DNA of 64,000 nucleotides, taken from assembly GCF_011745625.1 (NCBI RefSeq), contig NW_027191453.1, positions 186,001 to 250,000 on the forward strand, written 5' to 3'. The DNA comes from Cladosporium halotolerans (Eukaryota). The notes under the pieces are model-generated. The model worked only from the letters and a program-made list of their open reading frames with translations, was not told the DNA's origin and did not search any database. A program made the position numbers and the translations under genes. Below, piece after piece: positions 50,620 to 61,788 of this stretch (its first letter is position 1; each line of letters begins with the position of its first letter).

Positions 50620-53600
50620 GCTCTGACTCTCTTCCCTTTCTGTATGTATCATACGAAAAGCGCGGATGCGTAGCTAGGAAACGCGAGGGAAGCTTATCTG
50701 CCTGCGTTGGTTCAAATGCGCTGTAGCAATCAAATTCGAGACACTGATATTCTACCTTTGCTCTGTCGACTGGTGTCTGGCGCGATACGCTGCGCAACCG
50801 GTCACTATCATCCCATTCGTACGAAGTCACTCCCTCGAGGCCCTTCGGCGTGGGTGCGTCTAGATCTCACTTGGTCACAGACCTTGTCTGTCCTGGTGCT
50901 ATGGAATAGCGTGATTCGGTACGGTATTACCCTTTGACGTGGGTCTTTCGATGGGTTCGTCTGTACAGTCACAATGGCAGAATCGCGTGTTTGGCGAGAA
51001 CAAAAGCGAATGGACGGGAGGCATATCATCATCGAGTATGCCGAGACCTTGCTCTTTCCTGACGACTCTGTTTCGAGACCGACTCACGCTGTCGATTGCG
51101 CTCGACAGTTTTCACTTGGCGGACGCTTCTGTAGTTTCTGACCAGCTTGTGGCATCCATGATTTTTGCCATATTAAACCTCTCGTGGAACACCGTCACGG
51201 ATCGAAGATGCAAAACGACTTGCCATTCTCTAGAGCGCCGATGCAAGCACTCGGTGGCATTCTGCCAGCCTACCTTCCTGACTGACATGTACCCTCTTTC
51301 GCGAACTGCCCAGGAAAACCCGTTCGCAGGTCATGCTTCGACGCCGTAGGGTCGCTTTGCACAGTGTTCACACCCAGTCGCCCAAACACGCACTTGCTCG
51401 TCCCTTGCAATCACACGTAGAGTCCACGATGACGCTGCCAACCTCATCGCACCCTGCTCGTCAAACTCCATCCCATCTTAATGCCCAATAACCCACCTAA
51501 TCGGCCCTTCGCTCGGCCGCCGGAGCGACCGCCCCGTGATTTGCACCCTCGAAAGAACGCCCGCCCAAGCCCGCAGCGGACATTTCGTCAAAACCATCCC
51601 AATCGACTGACGATCGCAACGCGCGCGGGCCGAATCCGACGACGGCCGTACGCTTTGGAGAACATGTGAAATTTTCGCAACGCAGAACCTCGCTTGGAAG
51701 AGACCGTGGACGGGCTGCTAGCGCTGGAGAATGGAGGAGCTGGAGGCGGGCGAAGTGGAGAATTGGGAGTCGGAGGACGCTTTGGGTTCGGGATGGTCCC
51801 CGATGGGATCGTCGGTGGGTGGAGCGTGAGGGTGTCGGAGGGGAGAGGGATGGAAAGGGTTTTGAGAACCGGGTTGTTGGATGGGTGGCTTTGTTTGGGA
51901 CTGTGGATGTTGGGGGCTGGGTTGTGGTGAATGTTTCGTTTCGCGGTGTTTTGTTGGCCAGATCGCGTCGGATCGGATCTGAACGTACGTCGTCGGTTGG
52001 TGAACGGACGGATGGATTTTCCGCGGAAATGTAGGGGAGATCAACATGTTTTTAGATAGAAAAAAGGCGATTGGACTCCGGTAATTTGCATCAAGGGGAA
52101 GAGGCGATTTCGAGATATGCCAATCGACAAGGTTGGCGATATTCGCCTTGAGGATCCCAGAATCCTAGGTTAGCCTTTCTGCCACGATCGAGTCCAAGCC
52201 AGTATGTCTTCAAGAACTTCCTTCCAACATCTTTCAGTAGTTGCAACTTACGCTGCTTCAAATCTGCCTCAGAGCTAAATGATCAAGTGGATACTGGTGC
52301 GCATGATGCCACTTGAATGGACTGGAATCGGGCGGCGAACACTTTCAAGTCAAAAAGACTTACCTCACCAATGCGTACTTGAAAATGCTGCCGCTTTCAA
52401 AGAGGCTGAGATGAGTTCTGAATGCTAATAACCAGAAGTCATCCCCGGCGCGTTCGTATGTTTGTTTGGAATCAAGATTGTCATGCAAACCTGCCGACAT
52501 TGGCCAATATTGTCGCTCTTTGAGGCATGATTTCAACAGTATCTCACACAGTCGACGTCGACTGAAATCATCATCTAGTACGAGTCCCTTACAATGAAAC
52601 ATATACGCTACACTTCGTACTCGTTCATTCCATGGTATAAGGCACTTCGCAACCATCTTACCATACTTCTTCAACTTCAACGCCATGGCAGACGCCCTGC
52701 CCACGTACTCGAAGCCTCTGGGGGATTTGCACCCATACCCCAGGGAAACCTCAGGCCCAAACAACAAGGCACCCACCGAGGCTCTCCGGCCACGCGGCCA
52801 AGCTTAGTGTGTATGCTTTTCCTACTTGCGTCGTCGCCAGTACGAGAAAAGGTATACAATTCTCACGCAACCATTGGCTCCCCGGCCTCAACGACCGTCG
52901 TGCACGCAAGCCGGGTACATGGGAGTCATAGGAACGACGCGATAAGGGTCATCTGATGGGACTGGAGAAGGGGTCTAGAAGTCCCTCGTGCTACGGAACG
53001 AATTTGCTCGTCCTCCCTCTGGCGCGAACGGCTCGTTGTGGAAGAAGTCGGTAGGCTTGCGCAGGAGCTCAATACAAATCACTACTGCAGCGTTGCGTCC
53101 GCACCTGTTTCGCGAGAGCACGCCGCTGGACTGCCTGGGATCAACTAGGTGATGTTGTTTCGGCTAATTTGTGGAGCAGCGACCGGAGTCGCTAGGTAGG
53201 CTTGGAGCGAAGTCGCTCGTCGCGGAGTGACCGTGGGTGATGCCCCGAGATAAGGAGGGAGGCCTGACGTGTGCTCGGATGCTGGAGCACTGCTTGCTCG
53301 GGCCTGTGCAGACTGGTTCAGGTTAGGTGCTGTGGCGAGGGGTTCGTGGATGATGGCAGGGTTTGATGTTGGGGATCATGTGCAGGGCGGTTAGGGTGAA
53401 TGGAAATGGCGGGCTGACTAGAACAGTATGTCGACCAGCGGAGATCAGTCGGACCCTAGCTATTCTTCTGCGCCAACATCCGCGGGAAGGGTACGAGGAG
53501 AGGTACGGGGCGCGGCTGGCGCACACAGCGAAGCCGCGTCACATACGAGGTCTGGAAGGGCAACAGCTTGCTGAGACACGGAGAGGTGTCGTCAACCATC

Positions 53601-55338
53601 GCGCGCGAAACCCGGAGATGCGAAGGGCAACGGGCCATCACGATGGTGTGCGAATGTCTGGTAGAAGTGTGCCAAAGGCGACGGGCAGCGGTCTCGGGAA
53701 ACGTCGTATTTGTCCATGGGCGCCAGGTAGCGACAGGGCCTGCGGCTGGCGTGGGCTCACGCCGATTGCGAAGGCCGCGAATCACGATCCACGGTAGTCT
53801 ACGTTGACAGGTTCCAGATGCAGGCGTGAATCACCACTCACGAGCAGCAGCGCGCTTATGTTGGCAGTGGCGGCGGGATCGCCTGCGAAGAGAGGCGGTG
53901 CTGCTGCTTGATCTTGTGGCTACGGCCAGTGTGAGGTACCCCGGTACGAGCGCGGCTGGTGCCGGTGTGAGACAACAGGTACGATGGCCAACCCCTCCCC
54001 CGGGATCGGTGACAGATGGAATCAGGCAATCGCATGCAGCGCTGGTACGCAGCGCGAGATCAGCGCCGTTCTAGATGCAGCAGGGCAACGCGGGCGTTTG
54101 TGACGGATGTGCTGTGTATGGTAGGCCGGTGTTGCTGACCGGACCGCTCTGCGAAGTGGCTGTTGCGCAATTACCTCTATCCCTGCCGGGGCCGGTATAT
54201 CCCGTGGGGCATATGATGCAGGCTGGCGGCGGATGCTGACCTGGAGCGCTGAGGAGTGCAGATCGCAGAGCCCGGCAGGCGGTGGATGCGCATGGCTCGA
54301 TAGTGCTCGACGATATGGGCGCGCGCTATAGCCCGCCACTGGCAGTTTCAGGCCGGGCGTGCCAGGGTCGCGGCGGGCGGCGTGTGGGCTGCGAGGGCGG
54401 AGGTGGTGGCGCGCCGCAGCAGGAACGGCCATGTGGGCTGGCTGCTGTGTTGCAGGCTACAGAACCGACGACTTGGATCACAGGATGTGAGGTTCACAAC
54501 GGTCGCGGGAGCTGCGCGACAGAGTTCAGGGCAGGCGGGAGCGTGCATTGAGTTCGACGACGCACGAGATACGGCGTGCGGGCGTTCTTCAAGCGCGGCC
54601 AGGGCAGGCGATGCTGCGGTGGCTCCTCGAGGCCGAAGGCAAACTGCACCCAAACTGCTGCTGCGGGCAGGCGGGAGCGAATGGGCGCAGGCGATCCTCA
54701 TCTTGGGCGGCGCGCGGGCGGAGGGCGCCCGCCTGGCAGAGCGACGCCTCGTAACGCACGAGACGAGGACGAGGGCTCAAACAAGGGCTTTGACGCAGCG
54801 GGCGTGGGCGGGTCGCAGGATGCTTGCTGCCCGTGCAGCGGGCTGGAGGCCCAGGCGTGGCGGCCACCCACGCACGCAGCAGGACGCGCTCGACAGGGCT
54901 CGCGCTAGGAGATGCTGGCCGAGTGCCTTGTGGTGGAGGGTGGACGGCGAGGACGGGCGGCTGACGGCTGCGAGCGGCGGCATTACAGTACAGTGTTCTC
55001 GTGGTGGTGGGGGTGTGGCCCGCCGTGCAGGTCGCGCATTCGTTGCCGTGTGTGAGCAGCGTTATTTATTCACCGGCGCGGCGATTGCCAGGGACGAACC
55101 CGACCGGCACCGTCGTGTGCTGCGCCCGCCGGGCATGGATGCGCACAGGCGAGCGAGCAGGGCCACGGCGACGCTGGCTCTGCAGCTGCGCGCGCGGGCA
55201 TTGCACGATCTACCGAGCAATAGTAATTTGGCTACACACGCATACAGCGCCAGAAGTGAAGTGTGCATAGCGCGCGCACAAGTCTGCCGCTCAGCCCGTC
55301 ACGGCGAGGATCGCGGCTACACCCCGGATCACCGCGCT

Positions 55339-55374
55339 CATCATCATCGGCATCATCATCATCGCCATCATCAT
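55339..55374. repeat. Interrupted (CAT)n microsatellite
   Basis: catcatcatcggcatcatcatcatcgccatcatcat. Confidence 0.8.
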
Positions 55375-56192
55375 CAGCAGCTCTCTGGCGCCGGCGGTTG
55401 GGTCGACGGCGACTGCGCGGCGATTTGAGTTGCGGCCACCCCCCGGAAGTGAATTGGGAAAGCTCTTGCCGAATCGGGCGAAGCTCTTAGCTCACGCGTT
55501 ATTTGCTACACCTCCAGCACACGCAGCCATTGGCCGCCGCCACCCATTTTCGCGCACGCTCATTCGGTCCGAGCAGCAGAGAATTCGGTAGCCCCGGGCC
55601 TCGTCGTCGGCGGGCGGTCTGACCTGCGCGGCGCACGCTGGCACGAAAAAGCGCAGTGGGCGAGTGGGCGAGTGGGTGGCTAGCGTGCCGAGTTGAGGCT
55701 CTCTGCTCGCCGGGCTCGGCTCCGGTTGCGCTCACGCAAGGACGCCAGCGCCAGAGGCAGAGCGAGCGAGCGAGCGAGCGACGACCGCCCGCCCGCCCGC
55801 CCGCGCAGGCGAGCGGTGGCAGCGCGTCCTAATTGGGCCTTGGGGAGTGCGCTGCCGCAACGGCCTCGTAGGCACGGCCGCGCAGCAGCGAGCGACAACC
55901 ACACGCCCACGCGCCCTACCGAGGTATGATGGCATGGCCAACGGCGGCGCATTCAACAGGGCCAGGCGGCCAGGATCCGCGCTCCACCAGTCCATGCGCA
56001 AATCTCATCGATCCCAGGGCGTCACAGCCACGCGCGCCGTCTCACGTTCCTGACGCTGGTGTGGAGTCCGGGCGGGCTCGCGGCTCCTGCTGCTGCGGGC
56101 TCGCAGGCCCAGCGCGGCGCACCACCATCACATGCCATGCCACCCCGCCAAATGGCGCCAGAGCGTCGCGCACTAGCGGGGCAGCGTGCCAG

Positions 56193-56194
<2 letters not shown>

Positions 56195-56224
<30 letters not shown>
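56195..56224. repeat. (AGC)10 microsatellite
   Basis: Perfect AGC/CAG run; a shorter run follows at about 56368-56411. Confidence 0.85.
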
Positions 56225-56225
<1 letters not shown>

Positions 56226-56808
56226 TGAGTGAGGCCGCCGGCGGTGCTGGCGCGGCCGCGTCACGGCGTGCCGGGCCAGGGAGCAGCGCGCCAGAGCGCC
56301 AGAGTGCCAGAGCGCGCGCCGGGGGGAGGCGAGGAACAGAGGGGAGAGCAGCGGGAGCAGGGCGAGTGGCAGCAGCAGCAGCAGCAGCATCGGCAGCTGT
56401 AGCAGCAGCAGATGCGCGGCCAGAGGACCTACGGCTCGCATGGCACTGCCGACCCTGGCCAGCGGGCAGCGTGTGTGGACGGTCTGGCGGGCAGGTGAGG
56501 TCAGGCCCGCCGGTCGCGGTGGTGCGCAGGCTGGCTGGCACGCTGGCTGGCCTGCCGGCAGTGATCAGCGCGGGCTTGGGCGGCGGCGGGGGAGGCCTCG
56601 GAGGGCTGGCGTGTGCCTCGCCGTGCGGGAGCCGAGGGCAGAGCCAGTCGCGGCGAAGGGAGGGAGGGAGGGTGGCATTACCTTACTGTGCTGCCGCCAG
56701 GCCTGCCAGGCCTGCCCGGCCTGCCCGTGGCTCGCGGCCGGAGGCGCATCCCAGCTCATCTCATCCATCACTCGAGAGAGGGCCGGCCTGCTCCAGCACC
56801 GAGGGCAC

Positions 56809-56938
56809 CAGCAGCAGCAGCAGCAGTAGCAGCAGCAGCAGTAGCAACAGCACCATCTCCAGCACCCGCCAGCGCCAGCGCCAGCGCCAGCGCCAGCGCC
56901 AGCCTACGCACTACGCACTACGCACTACGCACTACGCA
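56809..56938. repeat. Compound microsatellite (CAG/TAG)n, (CGCCAG)6, (CTACGCA)5
   Basis: Directly visible adjacent tandem arrays at about 56809-56850, 56867-56902 and 56904-56938. Confidence 0.85.
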
Positions 56939-57372
56939 CCCGCGCCAGCGCCCGCCCAACCTTGGGACGCAGCTGCGAGGGCGAGTTGCGGCGCGCGCAA
57001 ACCCAGTTACTCTTATGCTTAACTGTGGGGTTAGCCGCGCGCGCCCAAACCCGCCGCGATGCGCTGCGCTCGGCCTCTGCCACCCTCTGCCACAGTCGCT
57101 GCACTCGCCCGCCTGCGTTCCGTGCGCCGTCTGGATGCCGCTGACTCGCGCCTGCGCTCTGCAGACCACGCCTGCATTGATAATATCTGCCACCCTCGAA
57201 CCTTCCCTCTCCTCCCCCAGACTCGCGCGCCCAACCTTGAGCTTCCCAGATCACGCTGACTCGCCCGCCGTGCCGTGACGACTCCAGCAACACCCAACAC
57301 CTCGCGCTCGCCTGCAACCCACGCCCCGTCGCCCCGTCATCCGCGCGTAGACGTCGACCGCCGCCAGCCAGC

Positions 57373-57447
57373 ACCACCACCACCACCACCAGTGCCACCA
57401 CCACCACCACCTGCACCACCTCAACCACCACCACCACCCTCACCACC
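57373..57447. repeat. Interrupted (CCA)n tract
   Basis: accaccaccacc.. runs about 400 bp upstream of the WOR1-like ATG. Confidence 0.8.
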
Positions 57448-57847
57448 GCGTGCGTCGCCGTCCGTCACCGCCCGCGTCTTGCCTCGCCTCGCCCGCCGCG
57501 CCGCTGCACCGCCGCCCTCCGCCGCCGGCCTGCAGACGCGTCGACCTCGGACCCGCCCAGACCAGACCCTGCCAGCGGGGTGGATGCCATCCCCCAGGTG
57601 CCAATTTATTCCCTCCGGCTCCAGGTCGCAGCCCAACGATTGAAACTCCATCTTGCTCACCCTGCAATCTTCACTGCAGTGCCGCCGTCCCAGATCGCAG
57701 CTCAAGCGTGAACCCTCGCCGCCCAAGCTTTGCCCCGGGTCTTGCTGGATCGCAACTTAAATACGCTCCTGCTCTCCGAACTGACTTTTGCCTGCCACTC
57801 TACTCCAAACACAGTACCTGTCAATCCAAACTCTCACCAACGTCGCC

Positions 57848-59458
57848 ATGAGCGCAGGCGGCGCAGGGCCTTTGGTGCCCACCTTCCAGGGCTTCGTCCA
57901 GAACAGCATGGACGGCCTCATCCTCTTCGAGGCCTGCCTGAGCGGCAAGCTTCACCACGTCCCACGCAGGCCTCACGACCGCGAACGCAACCAGCTCATC
58001 AAAAGCGGCAACATCTTCATCTACGAGGAGAACGCCAGCGGCATCAAGCGATGGACCGACGGCGTAGCCTGGAGTCCCAGCCGCATCCTGGGCAATTTCC
58101 TCATCTACCGTGAGCTCGACAAGCCGTTCCCTCCCGGAGAGAAGAAGCGCGCCATCAAGCGAAAGCGCAGCAGCCTTCCTGGCGATGGATTCCAGCGTCA
58201 GGATTCTGACAGCCAGGAGAACGCTGACATGCAGAGGCCAATCACTCCACCCGAGCCGCCCGTTAACGCAGACGCGAAACCTGGTCTTCCAAGCTCTGAG
58301 CAGGACAAGGAACTCGAACGCTCTCTCATCGGCTCGCTGGTCGATAGTTACGGCTTCCGCGCTGACGGTCTGGTCAAGAAGACGATGAGCATCTCCATCA
58401 ACGGCATTTCGCATCACATGGTATCGTACTATAAGGTCGACGATGTCAAGCACAACGCGCTCGCAAGGCCGCTTCAAGATCCTCGTCTTCAGCACATCTC
58501 CGTCAGGCCCGAGCTGTATCTCAAGCAGAACTTCCGCGCACCCATCGAGGAGACCGAGCACTACGCGATCGACGGCCAGATGCACGCTCACCCGCAGATG
58601 ATGTACAACCCCATGGCTGCTGGAGGACAAGCCGTCAGGCCTGGTCAATACTTCGGGGGTGCACAGTACCCGGGAATGTACGCTCCCATGACGACTACAT
58701 CTGCGGGCCATGCTGCCATGTACAGTGCAATGCCTGGAACTCAGTGGGCACAGCCGGGCGCGTCTTCCTACAGCGCTCCAAATAGCTACGCGTCCAGCTC
58801 CTACGGTAGCTACTACAAGCCCGGATCTCAACCGTCTGCTGGTGTCAAACCGGAAGACTCACAAGGCTCGTCGCAGTCGATGGGATACAGCAATCCTTAT
58901 CCCGCGTCATATCAAGGTATGCAACGCGATGGTGCTCACAGCTCTGCCAGCATGATGCCCCAATCCAGCTACCAGACGCCCGTAGCACCTGCTTCATCCA
59001 CCTTTGGCTCGATGAGTGCACCTACAGGCCGCTCGTCATATAGCGGCGGCGTCACCAGCCCTACGACCAATGGCGCCAGCCATCAGATGTACAGCGCTCC
59101 TCAAGGCACTCCGTCCGTACCTGCCCAGCAATACGCCGTGCGCTCTCCCTCTCAAGGCTACGGAATGCAGGGTGCCCCTCCCAGCGCAAGCACGCAGCAA
59201 TCGCCCCATGCGAGCATGAAGAGCCCGCACACTGGTGCCCCGCCCAGCGGCACTCCTGTGCAGTCGATGTCCCACGATCCTTATCGTTCCGGCTCTTACG
59301 CAGCACCCCACTCAGCACACCACAGCGGCGACATGAGCGGACTCGGCATCAGTGGCAGTGCAGGATACGGCCACAGCTATAGTTCGTCCGGCCAGAACTT
59401 CCGACCGGTCGGTGAGGTTGCAACGGCGCAGGCTGCCGGCGGCCACTATTCCCAGTAG
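57848..59458 (+). CDS. WOR1: WOPR-domain (Gti1/Pac2 family) morphogenesis regulator, Wor1/Ryp1/Sge1 subtype
   Basis: WOPRa: PTFQGFV..DGLILFEAC..PRRPHDRER..SGNIFIYEE..SGIKRWTDG..WSPSRILGNFLIYREL. The PFPPGEKKR motif is characteristic of the Gti1/Wor1 rather than the Pac2 branch. WOPRb: LIGSLVDSYGF..GLVKKTMS..HHMVSYY. A Q/S/Y/P-rich tail follows. Confidence 0.92.
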   Translation: MSAGGAGPLVPTFQGFVQNSMDGLILFEACLSGKLHHVPRRPHDRERNQLIKSGNIFIYEENASGIKRWTDGVAWSPSRILGNFLIYRELDKPFPPGEKKRAIKRKRSSLPGDGFQRQDSDSQENADMQRPITPPEPPVNADAKPGLPSSEQDKELERSLIGSLVDSYGFRADGLVKKTMSISINGISHHMVSYYKVDDVKHNALARPLQDPRLQHISVRPELYLKQNFRAPIEETEHYAIDGQMHAHPQMMYNPMAAGGQAVRPGQYFGGAQYPGMYAPMTTTSAGHAAMYSAMPGTQWAQPGASSYSAPNSYASSSYGSYYKPGSQPSAGVKPEDSQGSSQSMGYSNPYPASYQGMQRDGAHSSASMMPQSSYQTPVAPASSTFGSMSAPTGRSSYSGGVTSPTTNGASHQMYSAPQGTPSVPAQQYAVRSPSQGYGMQGAPPSASTQQSPHASMKSPHTGAPPSGTPVQSMSHDPYRSGSYAAPHSAHHSGDMSGLGISGSAGYGHSYSSSGQNFRPVGEVATAQAAGGHYSQ

Positions 59459-61691
59459 GATGGGACTTCACGACGCTACCGTGGACCTCTTCCGAACCCA
59501 ACCCTATCTCGTCCTGCCTCTGAGCCTGGTTCCACGTCCGCGACCAGGAAGCTGAAGTTGGAGGAGCCGGTCAAGAAGGAAGAGGATGACCACGAGGAGA
59601 AGGTGAAGCAGGAGAAGACTTTCGATTGATACGCTGCAGTGTACCCGGGATATCATCCTGCGGGCCAGTCAGATGATGCCATTGCTTTTCTGTACAGGTT
59701 GTTGTTTCTTTCCTTTCAGTTCTCTTTTTCGCCTTCGAGAAAATAATTCAACACAGGCGCTTGCACCTGGGAATCCTGGGTTAATGCCAAAGGGAAGAGA
59801 GGGACCTTTCATGGCCGAGTCTCTCTCGAGGGGGCGGCGTTTTATTGATTTTGCCTGAACCAGCAACGTTTGTTCAGATGACCACGGGGAACACAAAAAC
59901 GACTACAAGGATGGGATTCTTATAGGGGGCCTGGGAAATTCACGAGCCGGCCTTTGAGCCTGGCTCTGTACGATTTTATGGGAAATCCGCCAGTCAATCA
60001 GCAACAGTGGGAAAAACGAATGGGAGAAACCATCCAAAGGAGAAGGCTTTTGTGAGCGCTTTTATTTGATTTTTGATTGAAACTCTCGAGTTGAGTTCTT
60101 GGTTTTCGCGCTTTTTCTACTAGGTGCAAGTGGTACTCTATTTCATTTTCTTTCGGTCAGGGCTGGCTTTTCTGCTTACTATTATCACCGCCGTCTCTTT
60201 GACTCTGGCAATCCTTTTGCTTACGAACGATTTCTCGCGTTCCCATCACTACACCAGTGTTCCCTCTTCCCCTTTTCGGCTCCCTTCTCTCGAAAGGGAA
60301 ACCCGCTGTCTCGTTTCAGGTCGATATTGTCCAAACCTCGTATACGATATCTCGGTCTAATCCTGCTGATGCCCAACCTTTCTCTCCGCTCCGTCTCGCC
60401 CCCCGGCTACGCGCAGGCGTCCCACCACGAACCGTGCTCGGCCTGAGCATGTTTCCCCGGCGCTGCAGAACGAGCCCCCTAGAGCACGCACGCAGCACGC
60501 AGCACGCAGCCTCTAACCACTCCGCGTCATGGACAGACACTACTGCTGCAGGATTTCTCTCGCCTGCCTGGCAAGTCCCGCCGGAAAATAATCCTCCTCG
60601 CCCCAGCTTTGACCAGATCAATGCTCAACTCGTCTTTGACCAACTAAACCCAAAGAGACCAAAAGCGCCCAAGCGCGCTCCCCCCTCCTCGCATCTCACG
60701 TCGTCGGTTCCTCGCGGCTGAAGGATTCCGGATTTTATCCTGCGCTTTGTTTGATCTGCATTCGCTTCGCTTCGCTCCATCTCGTCTCGAGCCCTTCCCG
60801 CCGCCGCGGACGGACGACGGACGCTTAGCTAACGCATGCGCGCTCGCTTACAACGACCGGCCGGCTCGACGAGACTAAGGGCGTTGTTTGCTCCTGCGCG
60901 ACTTTTCGGCGAGGCTTGATGGGAGGATTGATCGACCGCGCAGACGCACGCGGTCGAACCCCCACCGCCTTTTCCGCTGGCCAGCCAGCCAGCCAGCCAG
61001 GCAGGATGGCGGGTGGCGGGTAGTGGACGGCGGTACGAGCCATCGTGTCAGCAAGGGTGGGAGTGGAATCCGCGCAGGGCGAACATCGATCAGTGAGTAG
61101 TGTCATGGCACGTACGGTCACGGCCGTATCTGCTCGCCCGCCCTCGAGAACTGGCCGCTCGCGTCGCCGCACGACACACAGCACTTTGCTTTGCCATTTG
61201 AACACGGCCAAAATCCTACTCCACGCCGCCCTTCGCCTCACTCACGTCCGTCGCTCCACCTGAGCGGTACTCCAGCAATCACCCATCCAGGCCCCCCGCG
61301 CGCTTTAGCTCCCGCCCACCCATCCAACTAGGGCCTCGCATCCCCATAGCCCATAACCTTCCTTCCCAGCAGCCCCAAAACACTAGCCACCAGGAAACCC
61401 TTAGGGCCGCGTCGTGGGCCCTCGTCGCAGGCCGCGCCGAGGGGGGGAGGGGAGGGGCAAAGCCTCGCGCACGTGTGTGCGCGGTAGTAGCAGTAGGGAC
61501 TTAGCCCTGCGACTGTCTTCAGATCCTTCGCCCGGCGAGCTGAACTGTGGTACTGGGTTCTTGGGCCGGGGGGGTTTGTGCGGTCGGTGGCGCAGGGGCT
61601 GGCGTGCGGACGGGTACGCACGCACGCACGCGTGATGGGGTTGAGTTTTGGGGGGAGCGGGAGGGTGTGATTCGGCGGTGGGGTTTGGGGG

Positions 61692-61788
61692 GCTGCTTGC
61701 TTGCTTGCTTGCTTGCTTGGTTGCTGGGTACTTGTTACGTGCTATGCTATGCTATGCTATGCTGTGCGTGACGTGACGTGACGTGACG
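61692..61788. repeat. Compound microsatellite (GCTT)n, (GCTAT)n, (GTGAC)n
   Basis: gcttgcttgctt.., gctatgctatgctat.. and gtgacgtgacgtgac.. in succession. Confidence 0.85.

Noticed and set aside
54382..55428. 348-aa ORF ending in a poly-His-like tract
   Set aside because: Non-ATG start and Arg/Ala-rich composition typical of GC-rich non-coding DNA; the His run is a (CAT)n microsatellite.
56186..57022. 278-aa ORF with poly-Ser, poly-Ala and (QR)n
   Set aside because: A translation of microsatellites, with no ATG start and no recognisable domain.
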